Source of the DNA: an uncultured Gammaproteobacteria bacterium
GTDB lineage: Bacteria; Pseudomonadota; Gammaproteobacteria; JABCZS01
NCBI GenBank assembly: GCA_963848305.1
Contig: CAWKDC010000003.1
Location: forward strand, 1 to 64,000
Length of the DNA stretch: 64,000 nucleotides
Direction of reading: 5' to 3'
Shown one piece after another: positions 34,761 to 46,739 of the stretch. Positions within the stretch are counted from its first letter, which is position 1. Every line of letters begins with the position of its first letter. Below the pieces are notes generated by a model. It saw only the letters and a program-made list of their open reading frames with translations. It did not search any database and was not told where the DNA came from. A program made the position numbers and the translations under genes.

Positions 34761-36428
34761 CACACTGCCGCCATTTCTTGCGCGCATTTATGCAAACCGT
34801 GGCATCACGCAGGCCAAAGAATTATCTTGTTCGTTGAATGAATTGTTGCCGTACGATACATTGAAAGGCATTGAAGCAGCCGTTGATATGCTCGCGAACA
34901 TGTTGATTGCACAAAAACGTTTTCTCATCATTGGTGATTTCGACGCTGACGGTGCAACGGCCACGGCTGTTGCTGTGCGCGCGTTGCGCATGTTGGGCGC
35001 AAAACAAGTTGATTTTTTGGTTCCCAATCGTTTTGAATATGGCTACGGTTTAACACCTGAGATTGTTGTCGAAGCACATAAACGTTCACCCGATGTGATC
35101 ATCACCGTAGACAATGGTATTTCCAGCATTGAAGGCGTGGCTTGCGCAAACGCATTGGGTATTCCAGTGGTGGTGACGGATCACCATTTGGCAGGGCGCG
35201 TGCTACCGGATGCGGCTGCGATGGTTAACCCGAATCAACCGGGGTGTGATTTTTCAAGTAAAGCATTGGCCGGTGTCGGCGTGATTTTTTATGTGATGCT
35301 TGCGCTGCGCGCGCGTTTGCGTGCGATGCATTTTTTTGAATCATCAGCACCGAATCTCGCATCGCTACTCGACATTGTTGCATTGGGTACGGTGGCCGAT
35401 CTCGTTCCCCTCGATCACAACAACCGTGTGTTGGTGCGCCAGGGCTTGATGCGCATGCGGCAGGGCGTTGCTTGCCCTGGCATTCAAGCGTTGCTCGAAG
35501 TCGCGCAGCGTGATCCTGCTCGTGTGCAGGCGCAAGACATGGGTTTTGCCTTGGCCCGCGTCTGAATGCGGCTGGGCGTCTTGAAGACATGGCGATTGGC
35601 ATTCAATGTTTACTGAGCGATTCGATAGAAGCGGCGCGTCCACTGGCGGCACAGCTGGATGCTCTGAATGCGGAGCGCAAATCTATTGAAGGGGAAATGC
35701 AAACACAAGCCGACGATCTCATGCGCCGTTTGCCAGATGAACACAAAATATTGCCGCGTGGATTGGCACTGTATGAACCGACATGGCACATGGGAGTTGT
35801 GGGCATTCTCGCGTCGCGCGTGAAAGAAAAATACCACCGTCCGGTGATTTGTTTTGCGCAGGGAGATGAGGGTCAGCTGAAAGGTTCTGCACGTTCTGTG
35901 TCAGGTGTGCATATCCGTGATGTGCTCGATCGTATCTCAACGCAGCATCCGGGCATCATCATCAAATTTGGTGGGCATGCGATGGCCGCGGGTTTGACGA
36001 TTGTGGCAGATCAATACGCGTTGTTTGTTTCATTATTTGCTGAAACAGTGAGTGAATTTCTGAAGGAAGAAGATTGCTTAGGCATTCATTGGAGTGATGG
36101 TGAATTGGCTGCACATGAGATTTCTCGTGAAACAGCTTACCTGCTTGATGCAGCTGGGCCATTCGGGGCGCAGTTTCCACCACCCATGTTTGATAATGTC
36201 TTTTCTGTCGTTTCCCGTCAACCCATGGGTGGGGATAAACACATGCGCTATCGGCTCGCTTTGCCGGAGGGTCGGGCAGTTGAAGCTGTTCATTTCAATG
36301 CCTCCCCAGAGACCTGGGCAGAGCCGGGTCAGGCTGTCCGACTTGCCTATTCAATCGATTTGAACTATTTCAGGGGAGAGGAGCGGCTGCAGTTGAAAAT
36401 CAATTACATAGATGCTCAAAATGCCTGA
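34708..36428 (+). CDS. recJ: ssDNA exonuclease RecJ, frameshift ~35555
   Basis: GDFDADG, TVDNG, TDHH, LGTVAD, GSARS, GGHAMAAG. Confidence 0.96.
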
Positions 36429-36496
36429 TTTAAACGTTGACATTTTTCTTCATTCTCGGTACCGTTCTATATGATCATTTGTTGAGGTTTTCTCCT

Positions 36497-37820
36497 ATGT
36501 CTACACACCCACGCTCTTTAGGGCTGGTCATGCTCATTGCGTTGGTAGTGGGTAACATGATTGGTTCAGGTGTTTTTCTGCTGCCGTCTGCGCTGGCGCA
36601 ATATGGTTCCATCAGCCTCTTGGGTTGGGGGTTCACGGCAATAGGCGCTATTCTCCTCGCCCTCGTTTTTGCCCGTTTAGGTGGTGCTATGCCGGCAACG
36701 GGCGGTCACTTATGCATTTTGTCGAGAAGCTTTTGGGGATTTTATTGGGTTTCAAGCCGCCTATTGTTATTGGGTGTACGCCTGGATTGGCAATGCTGCC
36801 ATCTGTGTGGCTTTTGCGGGGTATCTCGGGTATTTCTTTCCTGAATTGGCATCTGATCAGGGTTTGCGTTTGGGCGTGATGTTGACGACTGTCTGGATTT
36901 TCACGGGCATTTCCATGCTCAGTATTTGGTATGCCGGTATTGTGCAGGTCGTGCTGACGATCATTAAAATTTGTCCGTTGTTGTTCGTGGGTGTGATGGG
37001 CTTGTTTTTCTTCAAGGCTGAACATTTTCTGCCCTTCAATGCTTCAGCGTTGCCGGATATGGATGCGCTCATGGCTGCTGCCACGCTCACATTGTGGGCA
37101 TTCATTGGGATGGAATCAGCGACCATTCCCGCAGGGAGCGTGGATCAACCCCGCAAAAATATTCCGCGCGCCACAATATTCGGCGTTTTGGTTGTTGCAT
37201 CGATCTATTTGTTGGGCAGTTTTTCTATCATGGGTGTGTTATCAAACGATGCATTGCGCTTATCGCACGCGCCTTACGCCGATGCGGCCTTGCATATGTT
37301 CCCAGGTCAAACCTGGATTGCGGGATTCATCGCATTGGGTGCGGTGGTCTCTTGTTTGGGCGCATTGAATGGTTGGATCATGGTGCAGGCGCAAGTCCCC
37401 ATGGCTGCCGCGCGTGATGGTTTATTTCCCGCTATTTTTGGTAAAACCAACAAACAAGGCGCACCCGTGTTTGGTTTATTGATTTCCAGTGTGCTTATTT
37501 CTGTGTTATTGATCATGAGTCAATCGGAATATTTGGTGAAACAATTTGAATTCATCATTTTATTGGCGACCACTGTGGTGTTGATCCCTTACGCTTATAG
37601 CACAATTGGTGAAGTCCTTATTTTCGTCCATCATCCAGCCAAGTTTGAAGGCGCACGTTTTGCCCGAAATGCCGTGATGGCATCGTTGGCGTTTGCCTAT
37701 GTGATGTGGGCGATTGCAGGCAGTGGTTTAGAGGCTGTGTTTTATGCCGTCATGCTGCTACTCGTTGGCACGCCGTTGTATGTTTGGTTGAAGGCATGTC
37801 CCCCGCTTTCGCGGGGGTAA
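36497..37820 (+). CDS. APC-family amino acid permease (AdiC/PotE-like), frameshift ~36705
   Basis: GNMIGSGVFLLP, TLWAFIGMES, AARDGLFP. Confidence 0.92.
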
Positions 37821-37850
37821 ACTCCTATCACCGCTTTCGCGGGGGTAACC
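37800..37850. repeat. Tandem palindromic repeat CCGCTTTCGCGGGGGTAA (x2)
   Basis: Two copies at the convergent gene boundary. Confidence 0.7.
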
Positions 37851-37871
37851 GCCTACTTAGCGATTATTCGA

Positions 37872-38570
37872 CTAGCAATAGGGTTGATCGGGCGACTCTT
37901 TGCACAGATATTCCCTGACAGCCTCTTGAGTAGGGCAGGATATATTACCAGCTGTGTCACAAGTGATAGCAGCAGCGGGTTGGGCTTTCCCGGCGGGCAG
38001 GGCAACTGACGTGTTGCCAAATGTATACATGCATTCAACCAAGGCAGATGTACCGTTTTTAAAGGAGCAAGAAGTGAGAGAGGTGGAATTTTTTTGTATA
38101 CAAACAGGTTTCTTGGTGTTCTGAGTATCGCATTTGGCCTCACATGGGGTTGTGGTGATGTAAGGGGGTGGACATACGGCTTGAGGCGGTGCAGGAAAAT
38201 TAGGTGCGGCCGTTTCATTTTTTGTGTTATTGTCAGGTAGGTCGACGCCGGTATTTACATTTTTTGCTTGACAGTGAAGTCCTTTCGAATTGCACTTGAG
38301 CGAAAAAGAATAAGTGTAATTGTTTGATGCAGCCAATACTTCTGTCGGGCTACATGTTGGCTGAACGGTTGTTAGCTTCCCGAGCTTTGTGATTGTGCAG
38401 GCGTCTTGAGTGTCTGTTTTTTGACAAACTGGACTCCCGCTTGAGCAAGTGGCGGAACAACTCGAAGCGCCCTGGCACTGAGGTGTAGATGAAAGAATGG
38501 CTGCAAAAGCGCTACTGCTCAATAGGCAAGATAATGCCAGCATCATCTTGGTGTTGTTCAACGTCATCAT
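37872..38570 (-). CDS. secreted Cys-rich orphan protein
   Basis: Signal peptide; many Cys in two similar clusters. Confidence 0.7.
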   Translation of the reverse strand: MMTLNNTKMMLALSCLLSSSAFAAILSSTPQCQGASSCSATCSSGSPVCQKTDTQDACTITKLGKLTTVQPTCSPTEVLAASNNYTYSFSLKCNSKGLHCQAKNVNTGVDLPDNNTKNETAAPNFPAPPQAVCPPPYITTTPCEAKCDTQNTKKPVCIQKNSTSLTSCSFKNGTSALVECMYTFGNTSVALPAGKAQPAAAITCDTAGNISCPTQEAVREYLCKESPDQPYC

Positions 38571-38611
38571 AAGCTCCTTTTGTGATGATAAAGTATAGGC
38601 GAAAAAGTGAA

Positions 38612-39076
38612 TTATACCCCAGATTGTTCGTAATTTTCCAACCCGATACGGTCTATCAATGACAGCTGCGTTTCAATCCAATCCACATGATCTTCTTCGC
38701 TGACCAAAATGGCTTCTAACAATTCGCGTGAACCAAAATCTTGCACGGATTCGCAATAGGCAATAGCTAAGCGCAGATCGTTCAACGCTTTGTGTTCAAT
38801 GTTCAGATCGGATTCCAAGATTTCTCGGGTGTTTGAACCAATGTGCAGCTTTCCAATATCTTGCATATTGGGGCGGCCATCTAAAAATAAAATGCGATTG
38901 ATGAGGGAGTCTGCGTGTTTCATTTCATCAATCGATTCAGCATGCTCTTTCGCGCCTAACTTTTTGAGACCCCAGTTATCCAACATGCGTGCATGCAAGA
39001 TGTACTGGTTGATCGCAACGAGTTCATTGCCAAGAATGGTATTCAAATGCTTGATGACGGTCGTATCGCCTTTCAT
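38612..39076 (-). CDS. bfr: bacterioferritin
   Basis: ELVAINQY, ESIDEMKHAD, EEDHVDW. Confidence 0.97.
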   Translation of the reverse strand: MKGDTTVIKHLNTILGNELVAINQYILHARMLDNWGLKKLGAKEHAESIDEMKHADSLINRILFLDGRPNMQDIGKLHIGSNTREILESDLNIEHKALNDLRLAIAYCESVQDFGSRELLEAILVSEEDHVDWIETQLSLIDRIGLENYEQSGV

Positions 39077-39166
39077 GTGCAGCTCCTAACAAGAGTGAAG
39101 AAAGAACGAGTATATCAGAAAGTCATCAAGGCGCACTATGCGAGTGCGCCTTTATTGATGATGTCT

Positions 39167-40838
39167 TTATTGAAAAGACGAGTCGTGATGACCTCTACTT
39201 GCAGGTTTGCGATGCGAGGTGGGTGCTTTGCCGGCATAAGCAGGTTTGCGGCTACGTCCACTATCAGCACGACCGAATGAACGGCCTTCACTGCGTCCGC
39301 CTTCAGCACGACCGAATGAACGGCTTTCACTGCGTCCGCCTTCAGCACGACCGAATGAACGGCCTTCACCACGAGGGGCGAATCCGCCTTCAGAACGACC
39401 GCCGAATGAACGGCCTTCACCACGAGGGGCGAAGCCGCCTTCAGAACGACCGCCGAATGAACGGCCTTCACCGCGAGGGGCGAAGCCGCCTTCAGAGCGA
39501 CCACCGAATGAACGGCCTTCACCACGAGGGGCGAAGCCGCCTTCAGAACGACCACCGAATGAACGGCCTTCACCGCGAGGGGCGAAGCCGCCTTCAGAAC
39601 GGCCACGTCCGCTGCCACCAAATGACTTCTTAAACCCGCCGCCGCTACGACTGCCGCCTTGACGGGGTGCGCCCATGCCGCCAACAGATTCTTTACCATT
39701 TTTCAGGCGCTGAATCGCATCCCACTTGGATTGATCTTGTCTAGAGACCATGCACAATGAGAAACCAGCCGCGCCATTACGCGCTGTGCGGCCCAAACGG
39801 TGGATGTAATCTTCAGGAGATTGGGGCAGATCGTAGTTGATCACGTGCTCGATATGGGGCACATCCAACCCCCGGCCTGCGACGTCAGTCGCGACCAGGA
39901 TGCGGAACTTTTGTTCCCGGAATTGTGATAACACCCGTTGACGTTGGCTTTGACGCAAATCACCGTGCATGGCTTGGGCATACACTTTTTCGGCGGATAA
40001 GCGCTGTGCCAGCTTTTCTGTCTTCATGCGGGTACTCGCAAAAACCAGCACTGAACCTTGGCGTGCACCCAGTTCTTGCATCAGCTTGTTGAATTTAGCG
40101 TCTTCTTGCAAATAGACAACTTCTGAGGTGAGGTTCACGTTGGGCTTGTTCTTCGTCCCAATCGAGATGCGCTCAGGGTTGCGCAAGAAGCGGTCTGATA
40201 ACGCTTTGATATTGCTCGGAAAAGTAGCCGAGAACATCAGGGTTTGGCGTTCTGCGGGCATGTGTTCCAAAATGGCATTCAATTGAACGCCGAAACCCAT
40301 GTCGAGCATGCGATCCGCTTCGTCGATCACCAGCATGCGGGTTTGCTTGAGGTTCAAGCTCTTCCGTTGTAAATGGTCGTTGATGCGGCCTGGCGTGCCC
40401 ACGATCAAGCGAGCGCCGCGTTCCAAACGCGAAAACTGCTTCCAAATCGGCATGCCGCCAATCAGCAGCGCAGAATGTATGTGTCTGTGTTTGCTGATAA
40501 AACTGAATAACACCGTCATGACCTGCTCCGCCAATTCGCGGGTAGGGGTGATGATGATGGCTGTCCCTTCTTCGTTCTCCAACAGGTAATTCACGACGGG
40601 CAAGGCGTAAGCCATTGTTTTGCCTGAACCTGTTTCAGCAGAGCCCAGAATATCGCGGCCAGATAGGGCCAGGCGGAATCGTTGCTGCTTGGATGGGGGT
40701 AGGGGTGGTGAACCCGAGTTCCGTCAAGATAGGCTTGAGGCGCGCGGAGAGTGGAAACGCGTCAAACCCAGTCTTGATTTCTTGAGAAATCAATGTGTTG
40801 TCGCTTTTCACGGTTGTATTTATCGTTTCGATTGTCAT
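39167..40838 (-). CDS. DEAD-box RNA helicase with RG-rich repeat tail, frameshift ~40670
   Basis: PTPIQ, ETGSGKT, PTRELA, DEAD, SAT, HRLGRTAR. Confidence 0.95.
39265..39605 (-). repeat. 51-bp (RSEGGFAPRGEGRSFGG) and 36-bp coding tandem repeats
   Basis: About five long and two to three short units visible. Confidence 0.92.
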
Positions 40839-40994
40839 GGTATATTTATCCTAAAGCACCGCATTGTCGCGGATCATAAGGCATAGTATACTAACTGGAG
40901 ACCGAAAACAAATCTTTTTTCATGATAGTAGGTCAGCTAGGTCTCTATGTATCCTGGCTATACTATATAACATAAACAAAGGTGAGGGGAACTG

Positions 40995-43361
40995 ATGAAA
41001 ACGCCAGCAGCTGTCCAGGATTTGGTGCGGAGTATCGCCGAACTTAAAAAGCAAGCAATCGATTTGGGCGTTGAGCCTACCGATATTGATGCCGTCCAAA
41101 AAAACACAGCAGCATTCAAAACGGCAGAAGCCAATCGAGGAAAAGCCAAGAAAGCAGCAGAGCCTGGGAAACAAAAGGCTCGAAACGAATTATATAAACA
41201 GCGACTTGATAAAGGCGGTAAAAACAATAATTGCATGTTACTGTCATTGAGTGATATTGATGTCAAGGAAAAGGAAAAATTAGACAAAGAAGCGACAGGG
41301 ATGCGTAATCTTCTTTATCGATTGTACGATGCCATGTTGGCTGAAAACAACGATATAATGAAAAAACAACTTAAGTCTTTTTTAGCGAAAGGAGAAAAAG
41401 TATCTGATAATCAGGTTCAGGCTCTTTTACAGTTAAAAGCACAGTTTAAAACGGTTGTGGTGGATCTGGATAATCCTGGTCAGACCTCCTCTGAAAGGGA
41501 TGAATTTCGTCTGAAAAGAAATCTACAAATTTGCGCAAATGCGCAACCGCAGTTAGCGAGCGGTAACCCTTATAAAGGTAAGGGTACTGGGGAACTGTTA
41601 GCCTTGGTTGATGACAGAAGAGCCAATCCCACTAAAAAATTCAATCTAATGGAAGAAGAGGCTTTGGCAGCTTTCGAGAGGGCTGAAGATCAGCAGCTTC
41701 TCAAAGAACGAAAACGGAAAGTGAAAGAGGGTTCTGGGACACCCCAAGAAAGATACCTAGACACGGCCGATATGCTCGTCATGTCTACCTTGATAAATAC
41801 CCCGATTGAATGTTTCAAAATGGAACAGGGTGTGATGGGGGCTCCCCAGGCATTCAAACCTAATCCCATCTTGGGGGCTGTATTCGTTCCTATTAAAGAA
41901 GCAAGGGCAACCAAATACCTGTTGAATGTGGGGGAAGCGCATTTTCAAACCTTCGAGGCTGAAGCTGTTGTTGAATATCGTAAAGCTGTAGCAGCCCTGG
42001 AGACGGGTGTCGAAAAGGCAGAAGCTAAATGTGAAGCTGCAAAAGCTGAGATAGATACTTCTATTGAAACGGCGGTTGCTGCGATCAAGCCCGAAGCTAA
42101 ACAAGTTGAGTCATTCCAGTTGTTGAGTGATTATTCTGGTAACATTGCTCGTTTGATCGAGATTGAGAATAATGCCACGGCTGCTGCTCCTCCAGTAGCG
42201 GCTGCTGCAGTGAGTGCGCCGCCATTGCCAGCAAAGTATACACAAGTCGTTCAGCCCAAGCCTATGTTGAATAAAGAGGAAAGAGCACAGGCGCTTCGTC
42301 ATGCTGCTGCTCGCCAGCTGTTTGATGTGATGTGGGTACTCTGGACTCAGGGAAGAAGGGATGACAGAGTGAGATTATACAAGCAGTTACGCAAGGCTAA
42401 AGCTTATGGTGTGATTGTGCTCAATTCGACGGCTGGTTATGGTGAACCCTTTGCCTCTACTCCCAGTTATATTTATTTGACTGATAATTTTAAAGCGCCA
42501 GTGAAAGAAAATTATGGTGCTGAGACCTATATAGCTACCATGATAAACCACATAAGGCCCTTTTTGATAGCAAAAAAAGTCGGATTAAATAGGGATTATG
42601 AAAGTCTGATAGAAGCTATCAATATTGAGGGTGTATTGGAGGCAAATAAAACAGCGATGACAGATGCTGCGTACGAGCAAAAATTGAAAGCGAGTGCGTC
42701 GACCACGGAGTCATTGGAATCCATCGGCTGGCGCATCCACCAAAACACCCGCGCGAGTGCAGGGTATTTGGCGTCAGAGATTGAAAGGCAGGAAGAGGAT
42801 GGTGGAGCGGGGTTGGATGACGCTAAACTCACAGTCATTCGTCAACATATTCATGATTACCGCATGGCCAAAACTGCTGCAGAAAATAAAGCGGCAGAAG
42901 AAGCGTGGAGTAAAGATCCCAAGAATAGGGGTAAAGCATTCGTTGCTCCAAAATCGGCACCAGTCGCATACGATCCTAAAACGGCTGGAAAATCCCCTAT
43001 CCAAATCAAAATGGAAAAATATGTCGTCGAGAAAAAAGGCGGCCTGATGGAGCAACAAGTGCTCTTCCGTGCGAAGGGGAATGTGTCCGTTCAAAAATTG
43101 ATGGCAGACTTTAACGAAGAGATGGCTGCTTACTTCAAGGTGGACTCACATTTGATTGACCATCAAGGTGAGAAATACGCAATACGCTTGCATGCTGAAG
43201 GAGGAAAAATCAACCTGCGCATGTTCAAGGCCGGTGATAAAGACGCTAAACCGGTTGAGATCCCGACGGCGATTTATCAACGCTATGAAAGTGATATTCT
43301 TAAAGCATGGGAGAAGGTGTCGGGAGGGGTAGAGGTGAAGCGACATGTGTCAAGACCGTAA
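40995..43361 (+). CDS. large effector-like protein with putative OTU-like cysteine protease domain
   Basis: NNNCMLLSL...YLDTADMLVMSTLINTPIECF...LLNVGEAHF; coiled coils. Confidence 0.6.
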   Translation: MKTPAAVQDLVRSIAELKKQAIDLGVEPTDIDAVQKNTAAFKTAEANRGKAKKAAEPGKQKARNELYKQRLDKGGKNNNCMLLSLSDIDVKEKEKLDKEATGMRNLLYRLYDAMLAENNDIMKKQLKSFLAKGEKVSDNQVQALLQLKAQFKTVVVDLDNPGQTSSERDEFRLKRNLQICANAQPQLASGNPYKGKGTGELLALVDDRRANPTKKFNLMEEEALAAFERAEDQQLLKERKRKVKEGSGTPQERYLDTADMLVMSTLINTPIECFKMEQGVMGAPQAFKPNPILGAVFVPIKEARATKYLLNVGEAHFQTFEAEAVVEYRKAVAALETGVEKAEAKCEAAKAEIDTSIETAVAAIKPEAKQVESFQLLSDYSGNIARLIEIENNATAAAPPVAAAAVSAPPLPAKYTQVVQPKPMLNKEERAQALRHAAARQLFDVMWVLWTQGRRDDRVRLYKQLRKAKAYGVIVLNSTAGYGEPFASTPSYIYLTDNFKAPVKENYGAETYIATMINHIRPFLIAKKVGLNRDYESLIEAINIEGVLEANKTAMTDAAYEQKLKASASTTESLESIGWRIHQNTRASAGYLASEIERQEEDGGAGLDDAKLTVIRQHIHDYRMAKTAAENKAAEEAWSKDPKNRGKAFVAPKSAPVAYDPKTAGKSPIQIKMEKYVVEKKGGLMEQQVLFRAKGNVSVQKLMADFNEEMAAYFKVDSHLIDHQGEKYAIRLHAEGGKINLRMFKAGDKDAKPVEIPTAIYQRYESDILKAWEKVSGGVEVKRHVSRP

Positions 43362-43389
43362 CCATAAAAATCGCGCTGCATTTGATTTA

Positions 43390-44343
43390 TTACAATTGAG
43401 ACAGCCGTTGCTCAAACACATCCACGCGATCGGTTGGTAAGAACAACCGGTGGGGACCGTCCGGGCGAGGTTTGCGCTGTTTGTAACCAGGATTCAGCGC
43501 ATACAATTCATCCAATGAAATGCCAGCCAATTTTGCCGCAACAGTGACATCAATTTGCTTGTGAAGTTCAACATAATCGATCACGGGTGCGGCCGGGGTG
43601 TGCGGTAATTCAATCCCATATCGAATAGGTTGAGACACTAATTCTGCGACAGCCAGCAATTTAGGCACATGCTGTTTGGTTTCTTGCGGCAAAGGCAATG
43701 ACCAGAAATCAGTCGGTAAACCAGCCGCTTCATTTTGCTTGATCGCGCGCATCACCGTGCCTTCACCGGCATTATAGGCTGCAATGACCAGCAGCCAATC
43801 TTGATCAAACAATTCGCCGAGATATGATAAATAATCAAGCGCCGCTTCCGTAGAGGCCACCAAATCCAAGCGGCCATCATACAGGCCTTGTGCAGGTACA
43901 CCGTAATCGTTTGCGGTGGCGGGCATCAGTTGCCACAGTCCCAAGGCGCCGGCGTGTGATAAGGCTTGCGGATCGTAAGCGCTTTCAACCACAGGTAATA
44001 ACGCGAAAGCCAGGGGCAAGTTGCGTTTCTCGAGTGCGGTGACAATATGGTACAAATACGGTTCGCTGCGCAGTAACGCAATTTCCAATGTGGCAGGATG
44101 CGCTTGATAGGCACGGATTTGTTCGGCAACAGCAGCGTTTTGTGATAAGGTATAGCCCATGGATTGTTGGATGTGGTCCCAGAGGTTGGTGGCGTTTGAA
44201 TGGGATAGTGTGGCCGTACGGGGGGGGGGCTCTGGCTGAACTTGTTGTTCAGAAGGGAATTGTATCCACACGGGTACAAGCAGCAACGAGATGACGATGC
44301 CTGTGATAATCTTTTGTTGATACTGGTCTATGATTTTTATCAT
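43390..44343 (-). CDS. mltD: MltD-like lytic transglycosylase
   Basis: LPVVESAY, GLWQLMP, AAYNAG, LNPG; divergent from rnhA. Confidence 0.88.
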   Translation of the reverse strand: MIKIIDQYQQKIITGIVISLLLVPVWIQFPSEQQVQPEPPPRTATLSHSNATNLWDHIQQSMGYTLSQNAAVAEQIRAYQAHPATLEIALLRSEPYLYHIVTALEKRNLPLAFALLPVVESAYDPQALSHAGALGLWQLMPATANDYGVPAQGLYDGRLDLVASTEAALDYLSYLGELFDQDWLLVIAAYNAGEGTVMRAIKQNEAAGLPTDFWSLPLPQETKQHVPKLLAVAELVSQPIRYGIELPHTPAAPVIDYVELHKQIDVTVAAKLAGISLDELYALNPGYKQRKPRPDGPHRLFLPTDRVDVFEQRLSQL

Positions 44344-44366
44344 AAGTTAATGTGAGGTTCCTTTTA

Positions 44367-44813
44367 ATGAAAGAAGTTGAAATTTACACCGACGGTGCTT
44401 GCCGTGGCAACCCAGGCCCAGGGGGGTGGGGCGCTGTGTTGCGCTATAACGGACACATTAAAATGGTCTCTGGTTCTGAGTATAACACGACAAATAACAG
44501 AATGGAATTAATGGCTGCAATCGAGGGATTAAGGGTGCTAACTTCAAAATGTAAAGTTAGCTTAACAACCGATTCTCAGTATGTCAAAAATGGCATCACG
44601 CAATGGGTGCACAATTGGCAGCGCAATGGGTGGAAAACTGCTGCGAAAGAGCCTGTTAAAAATGCGGATTTATGGAAGTTGTTGGTGGCTGAAGTCGAGA
44701 AACATGACGTATCTTGGCATTGGGTGAAAGGCCACAATGGGCATCCTGAAAATGAGGAAGCGGACCGTTTAGCCACGGAAGCAATCGATCTACTATTGGA
44801 GAAAGATTCATGA
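44367..44813 (+). CDS. rnhA: ribonuclease HI
   Basis: [29 protein letters not shown]. Confidence 0.98.
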   Translation: MKEVEIYTDGACRGNPGPGGWGAVLRYNGHIKMVSGSEYNTTNNRMELMAAIEGLRVLTSKCKVSLTTDSQYVKNGITQWVHNWQRNGWKTAAKEPVKNADLWKLLVAEVEKHDVSWHWVKGHNGHPENEEADRLATEAIDLLLEKDS

Positions 44814-45475
44814 GGTATATTTTTTTAGACACGGAAACAACCGGTTTAAGTCCTGCACAACAACACCGGGTGATCGAGCTCGGGGCTATCGAAATGGTGG
44901 ATCGCCGTTTAACCGGCAACACCTTTCACCATTATTTGAACCCAGAGCGCTCGATCGATCCTGGCGCGCAAGCGGTTCACGGCATCACCAGTGCATTTTT
45001 AGCAGACAAGCCTGTGTTCAAAGACATTGTCGATGATTTTTTAGCTTTTATAAAAGATGCAACGTTGATCATTCACAATGCCCCGTTTGATATTGGGTTT
45101 TTGAATCATGAATTGTCGTTATGCAAAGGCCGCAAACGCGGCGTTGTGGAAGATCATGTGGAAGACATCATTGACACATTGTCCCTCGCGCGCAACATGT
45201 ACCCGGGGCAGAAATGTTCTCTCGACGCATTGTGCAAGCGTTTGAGTGTGAATAACAGCCGTCGCGATTTGCATGGCGCATTGCTTGACAGTGAAATTTT
45301 ATCAGAGGTCTATTTAGCGATGACGGGCGGTCAACAAGCGATGGCGTGGGAACGCGACATTGTGGCCGTTGAAACAACCACCACGATACGCGAGACATTG
45401 GCTTTGACCGAAGTGGTGATTGTGCGCGCGACCGATGAAGAGACGAAGCAGGATGAGGGGTATTTATTGCGCTGA
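44810..45475 (+). CDS. dnaQ: DNA polymerase III epsilon subunit
   Basis: LDTETTG, HNAPFD, HGALLD, MTGGQ. Confidence 0.97.
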   Translation: MRYIFLDTETTGLSPAQQHRVIELGAIEMVDRRLTGNTFHHYLNPERSIDPGAQAVHGITSAFLADKPVFKDIVDDFLAFIKDATLIIHNAPFDIGFLNHELSLCKGRKRGVVEDHVEDIIDTLSLARNMYPGQKCSLDALCKRLSVNNSRRDLHGALLDSEILSEVYLAMTGGQQAMAWERDIVAVETTTTIRETLALTEVVIVRATDEETKQDEGYLLR

Positions 45476-45552
45476 GGGATGATTTAAATGCAGATACGTG
45501 ATCGTTCAACTGTTTTTAAACGTGACCAGAAGCGCGCAAAATCAATGCCACG

Positions 45553-46719
45553 TTACTGAGTATCCGTCATAATCTCATTCCATGGAACCAGTTTAATATT
45601 TTTTCGATGTTGCAAGAGATTACCTGCATAGACTAATTGCATGTCATAAGAGGTGCCATTGGGTAACAAAGCTTCCCAGGTTTTAAGGTTATCCATGAAA
45701 TCGCTCGAAATGGTTTTAGCTGATTTAATTTCCATTGCTGTTAAATGTTGATCGGATTCAATAATGCAATCCACTTCAATTTTACTTTTATCTTGCCAGA
45801 AAGAAAGATTGGGAACTTGTGCAAGGTTAAGATAATATTTTTTAATTTCTGAAATAACAAAAGATTCGAAAATACCCCCTCTCAAATAATGCGTTTTTAA
45901 ATCATCTGGATGTCGCATGCCTAATAAATGACAGACAAGACCTGTATCGTAAAAATAAAGCTTAGGTGTTTTTACTAATCGTTTTGAAAAATTCCGATAA
46001 TAAGGCTGTAAGCGGTATGCAATAAAACTTGATTCCAGTATGCTAATCCAAGCTTTCGCGGTGTTGTGGCTAATACCACAATCATTACCCAATGCGGATA
46101 AATTGAGTAATTGACCGCATCTTCCTGCGCACATTTTAAGGAAATGCTGAAAGGTTGATAAATCACTGACATTCTTGATGAGGCGTATATCTCGTTCAAG
46201 ATAGGTGCTGATGTAATTAGGGTACCAATCATTAGGATCCATTGGCGTACTATAGATGCGCGGATAACCACCATTGAATAACAGTGTTTCTGGATCAAGT
46301 GGTAATAAACCTGCTCCCTTAAGTTCAGATACGCTTAACGGTAGTAAATTAAATAGTGCAACGCGACCCGCCAAGCTTTGACTGATGTGTTCAGACAGCA
46401 AGAAGTTTTGAGAGCCGCTTAAAATAAATTGACCCGGTGCATTAGTTTCATCAACCATGGTCTGAATATATGAAAATAGTTCAGGAACGCGTTGTACCTC
46501 ATCAAGGATACAACCATGGCGGTGATCAGCCAAAAAAGCTCTGGGGTCTTGGCTTGCATACAAACGAATATCGGGATCTTCTAGGGAGGTATATCTTTTT
46601 TCAGGAAAAAGCTGTTTTAGCAGAGTTGTTTTCCCTGATTGGCGAGGTCCTGTCACGGCTAAAACAGGGAATTGATGGCTAAGCCGTTGAATGTGTGTTG
46701 AGAGTAACCTATTGATCAT
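45553..46719 (-). CDS. AAA_14 ATPase with DUF4143
   Basis: GPRQSGKT, LDEVQ, LSGS, KLYFYDTG, EVD...EIK. Confidence 0.92.
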   Translation of the reverse strand: MINRLLSTHIQRLSHQFPVLAVTGPRQSGKTTLLKQLFPEKRYTSLEDPDIRLYASQDPRAFLADHRHGCILDEVQRVPELFSYIQTMVDETNAPGQFILSGSQNFLLSEHISQSLAGRVALFNLLPLSVSELKGAGLLPLDPETLLFNGGYPRIYSTPMDPNDWYPNYISTYLERDIRLIKNVSDLSTFQHFLKMCAGRCGQLLNLSALGNDCGISHNTAKAWISILESSFIAYRLQPYYRNFSKRLVKTPKLYFYDTGLVCHLLGMRHPDDLKTHYLRGGIFESFVISEIKKYYLNLAQVPNLSFWQDKSKIEVDCIIESDQHLTAMEIKSAKTISSDFMDNLKTWEALLPNGTSYDMQLVYAGNLLQHRKNIKLVPWNEIMTDTQ

Positions 46720-46739
46720 AAGGGGATTATAGCATGTTT

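Noticed and set aside
39265-39605. CRISPR array
   Set aside because: The repeats are contiguous, in frame and lack unique spacers. No cas genes or arrays were seen anywhere in the window.
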